IMG/VR virus record: IMGVR_UViG_2799112265_000002
Location: 41,652 to 105,651 of that record
Source of the DNA: a virus
Taxonomy: Duplodnaviria > Caudoviricetes
DNA: 64,000 nt
Strand: one strand, 5' to 3'
The notes beneath the pieces were generated by a model. That model was not told the DNA's origin, did no database searches, and worked only from the letters and a program-made list of their open reading frames with translations. The stretch's first letter is position 1. Every line of letters begins with the position of its first letter. Made by a program: the position numbers and the translations under genes. Shown here in pieces: positions 28,876-38,669 of the stretch.

Positions 28876-30414
28876 GTGGAACTGTACTTCGGCGGTAGCG
28901 AGATCCCCGGCTGGCGCAAGATGCTGGCCGAGGAAGGCGTCGAGACCGTCAGCCTGTCTTACATGGGCCTGCGGCGCCGGACCAAGTTCGTGCGCCCCTG
29001 GCTCATCGCCGACCACTACCTGGAAGGCCAGAAGGTCTTCCTGGACTCCGGTGCCTACACCGTGAACAAGGCCGACGACGACAAATACACGACGGCGGAA
29101 CTCAAGGAGATCGCCGCGCATTACGAGGCATTCGTCCAGCAGAACATCGACTCGCTTAATATGGTGTCCGAGTTCGACGCGGTCGTTCTCGGACGGGAAT
29201 GGATAGAGGCCCGGCGCGAGGATTTCTGGGAGGACATCCCCGAAGACAAGTTCCTTCCCATCTGGCACGCGGAATGGGGCGTCGAAGAACTCGACCGCCT
29301 CGCCCAGCGCTATAAGCGTGTCGGAGTAACCCAGACGGATTTGGACGGACGGAATCTCGCCCCGGTCCTCAACGAGATCACCAGGAAATACGGAACGCTC
29401 CTCCACGGCGTCGCAATGACGAAGCCCGCGGAAATGGCGGCCGTGAACTGGGATTCCGTCGCGTCCACCTCCTGGATATCCCCCTCGCAGTACGGCGACA
29501 CCATCGTGTGGACCGGCCGCGAATTGAAGCGGTACCCGAAGAAATACAAGGACCAGGCCCGTAAGAGGCACCGCACCCTTTTCCAGGAAGCCGGCTTCGA
29601 CCCCGACAAGATCGAGGACGGAGACAACGACGAGATCCTGCGATTCACCATCTGGTCCTGGCAGCAACTCGCGGCGTCCATCGAGCAGCACCGGGCGCCC
29701 GAGGCCGAACCAGTTACTACTTCCCCTTCAGGGCTACTGGCCGCTTTCGCTCAAACACCCGGGGGCACAGTTGATACGGCCACTGGAGAAATGGTCAACG
29801 GCGTAGCAACTCCCACCCCTCGCAGGGACCGGCCGCGTACCAACTTGCCGGTCATCGGCCTGGTGCAGGAGAAGGAGGTCTACACCGACCCCGAAGACGG
29901 CGTGAACAAGGAGCGGGACGTCCCGCTGGTGACTGTCCGCTCCCAGTCCATGCGGATCTGCTCGTCGTGCTTCCTGGCTCAGAAGTGCCCGGCCTTCGAC
30001 AAGGACGCGAACTGTGCGTACGACATTCCGGTCGAGGTGAAGAGTAAGCAGCAGATGCGCTCGCTCCAGGATTCCCTCATCGAGATGCAGGCGCAGCGGG
30101 TCCTCTTCATGAAGATGGTGGAGGACATGACCGGTGGTTACGCGGATCCGAACCTCTCCGGCGAGATCGACCGTCTCCAGAAACTGGTGAAGGTGAAGAC
30201 GGAACTGGAGCAGGACTCCTTCTCCGTGAAACTGGAGGCCAAGGGGAACGGCGCCCAGGCCGGCATGATCAGCCGACTGTTCGGAAAGGACGCCGGTGAG
30301 CAGATGACCGCCCTGGAGCGACCCATCCCTGCGGACCGGATGATCGAGCAGGGCAGCGGATTCATCGACGCCGAGATCGTCGATGTACCAACTTTCTACA
30401 ACCAGGAAGGCTAG
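28876..30414 (+). CDS. TGT/DpdA-like barrel fused to a Cys-rich helical C-terminal domain
   Basis: FLDSGAY, PIWH, LHGVA, DSVASTSW; C-terminal CSSC...CP...C. Confidence 0.65.
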   Translation: MELYFGGSEIPGWRKMLAEEGVETVSLSYMGLRRRTKFVRPWLIADHYLEGQKVFLDSGAYTVNKADDDKYTTAELKEIAAHYEAFVQQNIDSLNMVSEFDAVVLGREWIEARREDFWEDIPEDKFLPIWHAEWGVEELDRLAQRYKRVGVTQTDLDGRNLAPVLNEITRKYGTLLHGVAMTKPAEMAAVNWDSVASTSWISPSQYGDTIVWTGRELKRYPKKYKDQARKRHRTLFQEAGFDPDKIEDGDNDEILRFTIWSWQQLAASIEQHRAPEAEPVTTSPSGLLAAFAQTPGGTVDTATGEMVNGVATPTPRRDRPRTNLPVIGLVQEKEVYTDPEDGVNKERDVPLVTVRSQSMRICSSCFLAQKCPAFDKDANCAYDIPVEVKSKQQMRSLQDSLIEMQAQRVLFMKMVEDMTGGYADPNLSGEIDRLQKLVKVKTELEQDSFSVKLEAKGNGAQAGMISRLFGKDAGEQMTALERPIPADRMIEQGSGFIDAEIVDVPTFYNQEG

Positions 30415-30572
30415 TTAGTACTTCTCATGACCATCTACAAGCAGGATGAGTCTTTCGGCGCTCCGGATGTGGACGGGCCCGGCGAGGTCGTGTGCAAGCG
30501 GTGTTACGGCACCGGAGAGGACCGGGACGGGGCGGACTGTGTCCCGTGCGAGGGTAACGGTACGGTGCTGGT

Positions 30573-30956
30573 ATGAACAGAAACCTCAGCCTGAAGAGCG
30601 CCCTCCTCGTAATCGGAATTCTCGCCGTCCCGGTAGCAGGAATCTCCGCAATCCCGAATCAGACTTCTCCCCGACTTAATACCGGAATTTCCCAGGAGGA
30701 TTCTTCCAAGACCGAAGGGGATTCGAATCCGCAACCGGTCGCCACGGTAACCCGATACGCGGAGGTGCCGGCGCATCCGAATTCGGGCACGTGCAAGGTG
30801 TCGCTCGTAATCGGCCCGTCGCCCGCGGTGCCGGCGCCCACGTCCTCGGCCACGCCATACGCACCTGTGGCAGGGCTGGCGCATACGCATTCTGTGCAGG
30901 TCAAGATTCCGTGCCCCGTGAAGACAGAGACGGAAACACCAACGTCTACCAAGTAA
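30573..30956 (+). CDS. secreted or membrane-anchored protein
   Basis: Signal-peptide-like N-terminus. Confidence 0.55.
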   Translation: MNRNLSLKSALLVIGILAVPVAGISAIPNQTSPRLNTGISQEDSSKTEGDSNPQPVATVTRYAEVPAHPNSGTCKVSLVIGPSPAVPAPTSSATPYAPVAGLAHTHSVQVKIPCPVKTETETPTSTK

Positions 30957-31113
30957 CCCGACCGCGGGCAACCGATAAGGGCCGTGAGCAGCGTGTGATG
31001 CAGCTCACGGCCCTTTGCCATTACGCATTCACGATTACGGCTTGACGGGAACCGGTTCGGAAGGCGTAACGTTCTCCGCGTCAGCAACCAACCGCTCCGA
31101 CCAGGAGGACACC

Positions 31114-31419
31114 ATGGCCCGCGGCAGCCGCAAGCGCACCTGGTACACCCGACTCCGCAGCTCCTACCCCGTCGCCTGGTACTGCCTCCACCGCGACACC
31201 CGTAAGTCCACCGAGGGCATGCCCTGGGACACCCCCTGGGCGCGGTTCGTGGTCCTCCAGACCGAGACCGAGGACGGCCGCCCGCTTGACACCGTGCTCA
31301 CCCCGAACGAGGCCCGCGTCCTGGCCCGCCGCCTGAACATGGCGGCCGACGGCGTCGAGCAGTCGAACATCCGGCAGGGCAACGGCTGGACCGCCGACGC
31401 GGTCCGCGAGGAGGCCTGA
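31114..31419 (+). CDS. hypothetical protein
   Basis: Follows a promoter and CAGGAGG RBS. Confidence 0.7.
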   Translation: MARGSRKRTWYTRLRSSYPVAWYCLHRDTRKSTEGMPWDTPWARFVVLQTETEDGRPLDTVLTPNEARVLARRLNMAADGVEQSNIRQGNGWTADAVREEA

Positions 31420-31422
31420 GAC

Positions 31423-31944
31423 ATGACCACCCGAGACAACCAGCGCCAGCGCCTGTACGACGCCGAGAACATGGTCCGCGATGTCCTCGACTCCCTCGCT
31501 CAGGCCGACGTGCCCACCTTCGACTTCTACGGCTCCAGCCTGCTCGTCCCGCTGGAGCGGAAGTTCGGAGACCTGGAGAGCATCCAGCGCTACATCGACG
31601 CCGTCCTCGCACTCAACTGGGTCCGCGACACATGGCCCGAGCGCACCGTCCTGCCCGTGCGGGTACGCAAGCGCAAGGGGAAGGTGCACGCGCACTACGA
31701 GCCGCTGACGCGCACCCTCGCCGTCCCCGACCACACCAACAGCCGCGGCTGGGCTATGCGCGAGATCGTCATCCTGCACGAGCTGGCGCACCACCTGGAC
31801 ATGTCCGCGGAGCACCACGGGCCCGTGTTCGCCTCCACCTTCCTGCACCTGGTGCGCGAGGTGATGGGGCCGGAGGTCGGCCTGCTGCTCACCGACTCCT
31901 TCACCCGCCACGGCGTCGCCTTCGGCGTCCTCGCCACCGTCTGA
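31423..31944 (+). CDS. HExxH metallohydrolase (TIGR04338-like)
   Basis: RDNQRQRLYDAE...ILHELAHH...HGPVF. Confidence 0.8.
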   Translation: MTTRDNQRQRLYDAENMVRDVLDSLAQADVPTFDFYGSSLLVPLERKFGDLESIQRYIDAVLALNWVRDTWPERTVLPVRVRKRKGKVHAHYEPLTRTLAVPDHTNSRGWAMREIVILHELAHHLDMSAEHHGPVFASTFLHLVREVMGPEVGLLLTDSFTRHGVAFGVLATV

Positions 31945-32144
31945 GAGGACACCATGAACCTGCTCGCCTTCCGGTACATGCTGTACAAGCTGCTCACCGG
32001 CCGGACCAAGGTGCCCGAGCTGCACGACATCCTCAGCGTCACCCACCTCAATCCCGAGAGCACCGGGTCGTGGTCCCTGATGGTCTCGGTGGACAACCTG
32101 GGGGAGCTGCGCACCTACCGCATCGACATCACGGAGCTGCCGCG

Positions 32145-32612
32145 GTGATCGCGCTGCTCTACACGAAGTGGGAGGTCGGCCTGGAGTCCTGGGCCGCCTC
32201 CTACGGGTGCGACATCGAGCAGGCCCCGCGCGAGCTGGGCTACTACCTGTCGGCCGCCTCCGACGACCTGCCCGGCTGGGAGGACGCCGAGGCGTGGGCC
32301 TACCTGCTGCACACCGGGCCGGCCCGCGTGAAGGACGGCCGCATCATTCTCAACCTGCACTTCCGGCTCGACGTCGACCCCGTGAAGTGGATGGACATGC
32401 GCGAGGACTGGGACCGCAGCATCCCCATCGTGCACGGCGTGCGCCGCGACGTCCTGCGCTACTTCGCCTGGCAGTTGTACACCAGCGGCGCCATCAGCGA
32501 GACCGACGCCGTCATGACCGTCAAGCGCGCCCGGGAGGGCCGCCGGTCCTGGCAGCACCACATCCCCGATCAGGTCACCGTCTACCGGCCCGAGCACCGC
32601 TACCGCGGCTGA
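32145..32612 (+). CDS. hypothetical protein
   Basis: GTGA-coupled ORF. Confidence 0.65.
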   Translation: MIALLYTKWEVGLESWAASYGCDIEQAPRELGYYLSAASDDLPGWEDAEAWAYLLHTGPARVKDGRIILNLHFRLDVDPVKWMDMREDWDRSIPIVHGVRRDVLRYFAWQLYTSGAISETDAVMTVKRAREGRRSWQHHIPDQVTVYRPEHRYRG

Positions 32613-32828
32613 GAGGAACCCCATGTCCCGCATGGACAAGCAGCGCGAGGCCCGCCTGCGCAACGCCGTCGCCCGCCTGATCAACGCCGGCCTGCGTCAG
32701 GCGCCCGTGAGCGACGACGACCCGGTGAGCGCCGACGACCTGTTCGTGTGGGAGATCGTCAAGGTCGTCCGCAACAGCGCCCTGAACGAGGCCCGCGACG
32801 CCGTCGACCGGCTCCGCATCCGAGACTG

Positions 32829-32879
32829 AAAGCAGTTCCTAGAAGTCGCTTGACAACGCGTTCTACAAACCCGTAACGT
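32829..32879 (+). promoter_or_regulatory. boxed promoter
   Basis: AAAGCAGTT 32829, TTGACA 32850, TAACGT 32874. Confidence 0.8.
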
Positions 32880-32916
32880 CTCACTCGTCACCAACCGCTC
32901 CGACCAGGAGGAATCC

Positions 32917-33771
32917 ATGAGCGACAAGATGCTGGACAAGCTGGCCAAGATCCTCAACCAGGCCGAGAACGCCTCCACCCCCGAAGAGGCCGCCACCTTC
33001 ATGAAGAAGGCGCAGGCCCTGGCCACCCTCACGAGCATCGACCTCGCCGTGGCGCGGCAGCACACCGCCAAGCGCGAGCAGCGCGAGCAGCCGACCCACA
33101 AGACGATCACCATCGGCCAGCCCCGCAAGAACAACAACGCGCGCCTGGTCAACCTGTTCATCGCCATCGCCGACCAGAACGACGTCAAGGTCAACATCGC
33201 GATGAACTCCACGTTCGTGATCGCGTTCGGCATGCCCTCGGACATCGAGGTCGTCGAGGCCCTGTACGCCTCCCTGCTGTACCAGATGACCGAGGCCGCC
33301 AATGCCTGGCTGAAGCTGGGCGAGTACAAGAAGGAGACCGTCCTGCGCAGGGTCACCAAGCGCGACGCCTGGGGCCCGTACAAGGACCTCGTCGAGCGGC
33401 CCATGGACGGCCGCACCGCCCGCGCCAACTTTTACGAGGCGTTCACCAACCGCATCTCCTCGCGCCTGTGGGAGGCCCGCCAGGAGGCCCTGGAGAAGGT
33501 CAAGAAGAACGTCTACACCCTGCCCACCACGGGGGAGAACGGCGTCGAGTACGAGGTCGAGGTGTCGGCCGCGCTGGTCCTCAAGGAGAAGTCCGACGAG
33601 GTGAAGGACTACTACGAGAAAGCCTCCACCGCGAAGGGCTCCTGGAAGGGCGCCGGCAGCACCGCGCACACCAGCACCACCGCCCGCCGAGCCGGCGACG
33701 AGGCCGGCCAGTCCGCCCGCCTGGGCAGCGCCAAGGCCATCGGTGGCCAGCGCACGTCCATCGCGGCCTGA
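32917..33771 (+). CDS. DUF2786-domain protein
   Basis: MLDKLAKILNQAENASTPEEAATFMKKAQAL; G..SD.E..E.LYASL. Confidence 0.8.
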   Translation: MSDKMLDKLAKILNQAENASTPEEAATFMKKAQALATLTSIDLAVARQHTAKREQREQPTHKTITIGQPRKNNNARLVNLFIAIADQNDVKVNIAMNSTFVIAFGMPSDIEVVEALYASLLYQMTEAANAWLKLGEYKKETVLRRVTKRDAWGPYKDLVERPMDGRTARANFYEAFTNRISSRLWEARQEALEKVKKNVYTLPTTGENGVEYEVEVSAALVLKEKSDEVKDYYEKASTAKGSWKGAGSTAHTSTTARRAGDEAGQSARLGSAKAIGGQRTSIAA

Positions 33772-34145
33772 TCACCCAAGGAGACATGCACTCATGCGCA
33801 CCATCGCCCGAGGCACGAAGAAGATGCTGGCCGTCAAGGCCGAGTTCACCGAGATTAAGGTCTACGACGCCAGCTCCGGCGAGATGATCCCGGCTGACGC
33901 CGACCGCGCGTGGCAGGAACTCTTCACCCGCGACAAGGCGCGGCTCGTGGAGTCCTCCGACGCCACCAAGTACTTCATCCGCATCCACTCCAACCGCTGG
34001 TACGAGCTGACGCGCCCCGCCGAGGCTCCCACCGCGTGATTCCTACGCACCCCCTGCGTACGGGCCGTCCGACTCGACACCTGAGCCGGGCGGCCCGTAC
34101 CGTTCCCACCGGACAGCAACCACCTCGAACCAGGAGGGGCCCACC

Positions 34146-34469
34146 ATGGCCACGAACCGACAGATGAGCCGCGCCGACTACGAGACGATCTCCGCAGCCA
34201 TCGCCGAATCCGAGGCAGACCTCCCCGGCCGGCGCACCGTCGCCTTCGACATCGCCGACGCCCTCACCGGTACCGCCGACCGCTACGACCCCGTGCTCTG
34301 GCTTCGCCAGTGCGACATCGGCCCGGTCTCGCCGGCTGACGTCGCCGACTGGAGCAAGCGCCTGGAGCTGCGCGTCGTGTCCATCGGCAAGCGACGCCGA
34401 ACCTCTCTCGACATGGGTTACGACCACGTCGAGCAGTACGTCGGTGCGGACGGCAAGCCCCTGGACTGA
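34146..34469 (+). CDS. hypothetical protein
   Basis: CAGGAGG RBS. Confidence 0.7.
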   Translation: MATNRQMSRADYETISAAIAESEADLPGRRTVAFDIADALTGTADRYDPVLWLRQCDIGPVSPADVADWSKRLELRVVSIGKRRRTSLDMGYDHVEQYVGADGKPLD

Positions 34470-34519
34470 AAGCAGTTCATCGAAACCGCTTGACAACGCG
34501 TAATCACGCCGCATAGGGT
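34469..34519 (+). promoter_or_regulatory. boxed promoter with ACGCGTAAT site in the spacer
   Basis: AAAGCAGTT 34469, TTGACA 34490, TAGGGT 34514. Confidence 0.8.
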
Positions 34520-34561
34520 CCTCACATCGGCAACCAACCACTCCAACCAGGAGGGACCCTG

Positions 34562-35431
34562 ATGTACCTCACCACCCAGTCCCCGGTCGAGATCGACACC
34601 GCGCTGGCCGACCTGTACGGCAAGCTGGCCGACATCAACACCGCCCGGTTCCGTGTCCACCGGCTCTGGAAGCAGATCGAAGAGACCGAGCCCGGCTCCT
34701 ACGAGTCCCACCTGCCGGAGCGCTCCCCGGAGCGTAAGCGCGCTCTCTACCGCGAACTCCTGGACCTCGCCGCCAAGGCGGACACCCTCCAGGCCAAGGA
34801 GATCAACCCCCGCGAGGAGGAGTGGATCCGCCGGGGCCGCTGGAACCGCTACTACCTGGTGGACAACACCAACGGCCACGTCCACAAGGACACGAGCTGC
34901 ACCACCTGCTTCTTCGACACGAAGTACGCGTGGCTCGTCGAGCAGTCCGGCCTGAGCGCCGAGGAGCTGGTCGAGCTGGCCGGCGAGATGGCCTGCACGG
35001 TGTGCTTCCCCTGGGCGCCGGTCGACACCCTCAAGCGCAAGTCGAAGCTGGAGGCGCCGGAGCGCAAGAAGGCCCGCCTGGAGCGTGAGGCCAAGAAGGC
35101 CGAGCGGGAGGCCAAGAAGGCCGCCAAGGCCATCGCCAACCCCGACGGCACCCCGCTGAAGGTCTTCAAGGGCCACTACCCCGAGCGCCAGGTCGTCCGC
35201 AACGGCAAGGTCGTCAAGGTCCACCCGGCCCACGACGCCTACAAGACGCTGGAGACCCTGCACGCGGCCCGTGGCTGGCTCACGGACTTCTACTACTGGA
35301 ACAAGGGCGGCGCGCACCCCTCGTTCCGCAAGGAGTCCCTGGACGACGTCGCCAAGGCCGTCGCCCACAAGGAGGGCAAGGACGTCGAGACCGTCCTGGC
35401 CGAGGCCAAGAAGCGGGCCGCACGTCGGTAA
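34562..35431 (+). CDS. hypothetical protein with metal-binding motif
   Basis: GHVH...CTTC...CTVCFP. Confidence 0.75.
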   Translation: MYLTTQSPVEIDTALADLYGKLADINTARFRVHRLWKQIEETEPGSYESHLPERSPERKRALYRELLDLAAKADTLQAKEINPREEEWIRRGRWNRYYLVDNTNGHVHKDTSCTTCFFDTKYAWLVEQSGLSAEELVELAGEMACTVCFPWAPVDTLKRKSKLEAPERKKARLEREAKKAEREAKKAAKAIANPDGTPLKVFKGHYPERQVVRNGKVVKVHPAHDAYKTLETLHAARGWLTDFYYWNKGGAHPSFRKESLDDVAKAVAHKEGKDVETVLAEAKKRAARR

Positions 35432-35500
35432 GCCGTAACTCGGAAGCCGTAGGGAAGAACCCGTAACCTGGGAATCTTCCCTACGGCCCCGGAGGCACCC

Positions 35501-35647
35501 ATGCACGCCCAGAAGCAAGACCCCGAGCACGTGCGCGCTGTCGTCGAGCGTAGGCGCAGCGCCGCGGCCGGCAAGCACGACTCCCGACCGCGCCGGGCCA
35601 GGACCCGGCAGTCAGTCAAGCGCGCAGCGCTACGAGATCAGGAGTAG
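35501..35647 (+). CDS. small basic protein (48 aa)
   Basis: GGAGG RBS; ERRRSAAAGKH; below the ORF-track cutoff. Confidence 0.55.
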   Translation: MHAQKQDPEHVRAVVERRRSAAAGKHDSRPRRARTRQSVKRAALRDQE

Positions 35648-35650
35648 ACC

Positions 35651-35902
35651 ATGACCGAGCAGGCCGAAGAGCTGAAGTGCTTGGAGAACCGCACGGGCGA
35701 GTGCAGCGGCGCCGTGAAGTACCGCGCCCCGCTGTCCGGCACCGGCCGGTCCTTCCCTCGCTGCGACGCCCACTGGGCGGCACGGCTGAAGAAGCAGAAG
35801 GAGATCCGCAACCGGTACGCGCCGGCCTCCGACGTACCGCCGCGCGGCTTCGACCCGACATTCTGTGGGGAGTCGTGGGACGAGGACCGCAGTATCGCGT
35901 AA
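35651..35902 (+). CDS. small Cys/His protein
   Basis: C...C...RCDAH; GGAG RBS. Confidence 0.65.
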   Translation: MTEQAEELKCLENRTGECSGAVKYRAPLSGTGRSFPRCDAHWAARLKKQKEIRNRYAPASDVPPRGFDPTFCGESWDEDRSIA

Positions 35903-35951
35903 AGCAGTTTGTGGGGATCGCTTGACAATGTCGAGCGGTCCCCATTAGCGT
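35901..35951 (+). promoter_or_regulatory. boxed promoter
   Basis: AAAGCAGTT 35901, TTGACA 35922, TAGCGT 35946. Confidence 0.8.
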
Positions 35952-35988
35952 TTCCATCACAACAACCGCTCCCAACCAGGAGGTCACC

Positions 35989-36204
35989 ATGCTGGTCACC
36001 GTCGCCGTCGAGGACCTGGACACCATCGAGAACCACGGCTCGGTCATCGCTATCACCGGCACCACCGAGGACAACACCCGCGTCACCTTCGCCGGGGACA
36101 CCCGCGTCATGGGCGGCCTGATCGAGTGGGTCGAGGAGGCGGGAGACACCCTCGTGCAGATCGAGGCCTGGCAGGTCCTGGGCACCGTGCAGCCGGCGGC
36201 CTGA
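35989..36204 (+). CDS. hypothetical protein
   Basis: CAGGAGG RBS. Confidence 0.7.
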   Translation: MLVTVAVEDLDTIENHGSVIAITGTTEDNTRVTFAGDTRVMGGLIEWVEEAGDTLVQIEAWQVLGTVQPAA

Positions 36205-36674
36205 CATGGCATCGAGCCCCTTCCGGTCGTTCCTCCCGGCTGAGCGCCAGGAGGCGGCCGAGGCCCTGATCCGGCTCCGCGAGAAGGAGCTGAAGGTCCT
36301 GGAGCGCCGCTGGCGCCAGGAGCGAAAGATCACACGTCAGCGCCTGCTGCTGACCAGGATCCAGGCGACGCGGAACAACATTGTCAGTTGGCAGGACTAC
36401 ATTTCCGAGGGTTGCCCCCGCGTCCCCAACGCCACCACCCGAGTTTGATCAGGAGCACCCCCGTGGAGAACTTCAAGGTCCTGTACACCGCCGACGGTGA
36501 GCGGCGGGTGACTGGCGTCAGCTACAGCCGGAGCGCGGCGGAGACGGCCGCCAAGCAGATGGGCGGCACGGTCGTCGGCCCCTTCAAGCCCGGCCAGGTG
36601 GTCGAGCCGGAGGACGTCGAGCAGCCCCGCGCCGGCCGCGTCGTCCAGCGCAAGCACACCACGAGGAGTCACGC

Positions 36675-37520
36675 ATGAGCCACCGCACCGCCTACGACGA
36701 GGCTCTGGACGCCATGCTGGAGGCTGGTATCTCCCGCGGTCGTGCGGACGAGCTGCTGCACGCCGTGTGGGAGCAGGGGAAGACCGCTGCCGCGCAGCCC
36801 AAGGGCGAGGTCGTCCTCGCGCCGGGGGAGGTGTACGTCAAGGACCTGGTGGTCGGCGACATCGTCGAGGAGCGCTTCCCTCACTGGTTCCGCCGGAAGA
36901 TCGTCGTCAAGATCACCGATAAGTCCGCCGTCTTCCGCACCGACAACGGCCAGGACGGCCGCGCTGCGCTCACCTCCAAGCGCAAGGGCAAGGTCATCGA
37001 CAACAAGGTCACCAGGGTGGGCCACTACGATCTCACCGACGAGCTGCTGGGCGAGCTGTCGCTCTGGCACTCCATGGGAGACCTTCGGCGCGCACGGTGG
37101 CGCCGCGGTCTGCTGGAGGAGCTGCCGCCATTCTACGAGATCTTCGGGTACAGCAGCCCGGAGGAGTTGCCGTTCTGGGACGCGAAGCCAGGGGAGACCG
37201 TCGACACGGTGACGATTGCCGGTGGCGTGCGCGTGAACATCAAGCGGTACGACAACGAGCAGACCGTGGTGGACGGCAAGACCATCAACGTGACGTGCTG
37301 GGGCGCCTCCGTGGTGGACCCCGACCACGACCACGAGTTCGCTGTCCTGGGCTGGCGCTACCGCGATCAGGACACCGCGCGTAAGACCGTCGACATGCTC
37401 GACCACGCTATCCGGGGCGGCTACAACCTGGAGATGGCTGTGCACACGGTGTGCAATGTGGGCAACGACAACCTGCCCACGATCGACCGGTGGCGCGAGA
37501 AAGCCAAGCAGGCCGAGTAG
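36675..37520 (+). CDS. hypothetical protein
   Basis: GAGGAG RBS, 281 aa. Confidence 0.75.
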   Translation: MSHRTAYDEALDAMLEAGISRGRADELLHAVWEQGKTAAAQPKGEVVLAPGEVYVKDLVVGDIVEERFPHWFRRKIVVKITDKSAVFRTDNGQDGRAALTSKRKGKVIDNKVTRVGHYDLTDELLGELSLWHSMGDLRRARWRRGLLEELPPFYEIFGYSSPEELPFWDAKPGETVDTVTIAGGVRVNIKRYDNEQTVVDGKTINVTCWGASVVDPDHDHEFAVLGWRYRDQDTARKTVDMLDHAIRGGYNLEMAVHTVCNVGNDNLPTIDRWREKAKQAE

Positions 37521-37593
37521 TCCCTGGTCCCCAAGAAGCCCCCACCGCGCCCAGCCGGCCGGCGGGGGCTTTCGCATGTCCAGGGAACGCTAT

Positions 37594-37644
37594 AAAGCGG
37601 TTCATGAGAACCGATTGACAACGCATTCTTCAAACGCGTAACGT
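37594..37644 (+). promoter_or_regulatory. boxed promoter
   Basis: AAAGCGGTT 37594, TTGACA 37615, TAACGT 37639. Confidence 0.8.
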
Positions 37645-37684
37645 CGTCCTCGTCAACAAGCCGCCCCCGCATCAGGAGGAAGCC

Positions 37685-37909
37685 GTGAGCCTGGACGCGC
37701 AGCCGCTCAACATCGACGCCGAGTTCCCCTCCCACATCCGCGCGAAGCTGGCCGAGATCATGGCCGTCGGGCCGGCGCTGGCGGACGAGGTCGCGCTGCT
37801 CGACCTCTCCGAGGACGTCTCGGACGCCCTCCACCTCGGCAAGGTCGACTTCGACGACCACGACGCGCTGCTCGACGAGATCCGCGAGGCCCGCGGCTCC
37901 CTCATCTGA
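37685..37909 (+). CDS. acidic hypothetical protein
   Basis: AGGAGG RBS. Confidence 0.7.
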   Translation: MSLDAQPLNIDAEFPSHIRAKLAEIMAVGPALADEVALLDLSEDVSDALHLGKVDFDDHDALLDEIREARGSLI

Positions 37910-38117
37910 CCAGACCACCAACCGCCCGAACCAGGAGGCACGCCCCATGTTCACGCACTGCGACCGCTGCGGCAACGATCACCCCGGCCAGCTCGTCCGG
38001 CATGACGACGGCGCGCAGGAAGCGCTCTGCTTCACGTGCTGGAACCCGATCCGGGGGACCGTGAAGGTCCTCAACTGGATCAACAAGCACGGCAAGTTGC
38101 AGTTCTGACCTGGCAGG

Positions 38118-38251
38118 ATCGGACATCCCGCCGCATCCAGATCGGAAATACTCGGCGGACCGAATCGGAAATCCGCGACGGACCAAATCGGATTTTCTTC
38201 GCGCGCACGATCGGATTTCGCGCGTAGATATCTCCTGGTTCCTGGATCGGA
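38118..38251 (+). repeat. ATCGGA array with 23-bp period (iteron-like)
   Basis: ATCGGA at 38118, 38141, 38164, 38187, 38210, plus 38246. Confidence 0.85.
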
Positions 38252-38567
38252 TTTTCGCCCCTCGCGGGGGCGCCCCCGCCCGCGCCCTCGCTCCCCGCCC
38301 GCGCCCCCGCCGCGCCCCTCCCGGGCCCGCCGGCCGCGGACGCTGGCCAGCCCCTCGCCGGCTCCGCTGGCCGTCGCCGGCCTCGCTGGCCGTCGGGCTC
38401 AGCGCTCGCCGCGCCGTTCACCGGCTCCGCCGGCTGCCACACCCCCGCTGACCTGGGCCTTCGCCGGGTCCGCGGGCATGAAAAAAGGCCCCCACCGCGT
38501 CCTGCTGGCCGGTGGGGGCCTTACGTGTTCCATGAAACGCCTTCTACCTGCGGTTTTCAAGGGTTGA

Positions 38568-38619
38568 AAAGCGATTTCCTGAGTACGCTTGACAACACGT
38601 AATGCGCCCTGGATAGTCG
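38568..38619 (+). promoter_or_regulatory. boxed promoter
   Basis: AAAGCGATT 38568, TTGACA 38589, ACACGTAAT in the spacer. Confidence 0.7.
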
Positions 38620-38669
38620 GCCTTCCGCTCGACGCACACGGCGCCGAGCACACGGAAGGAACGCACGAC

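Noticed and set aside
38118-38251. 23-bp array as a mini-CRISPR
   Set aside because: The conserved core is only 6 bp and the period is 23 bp, far below CRISPR repeat-plus-spacer size.
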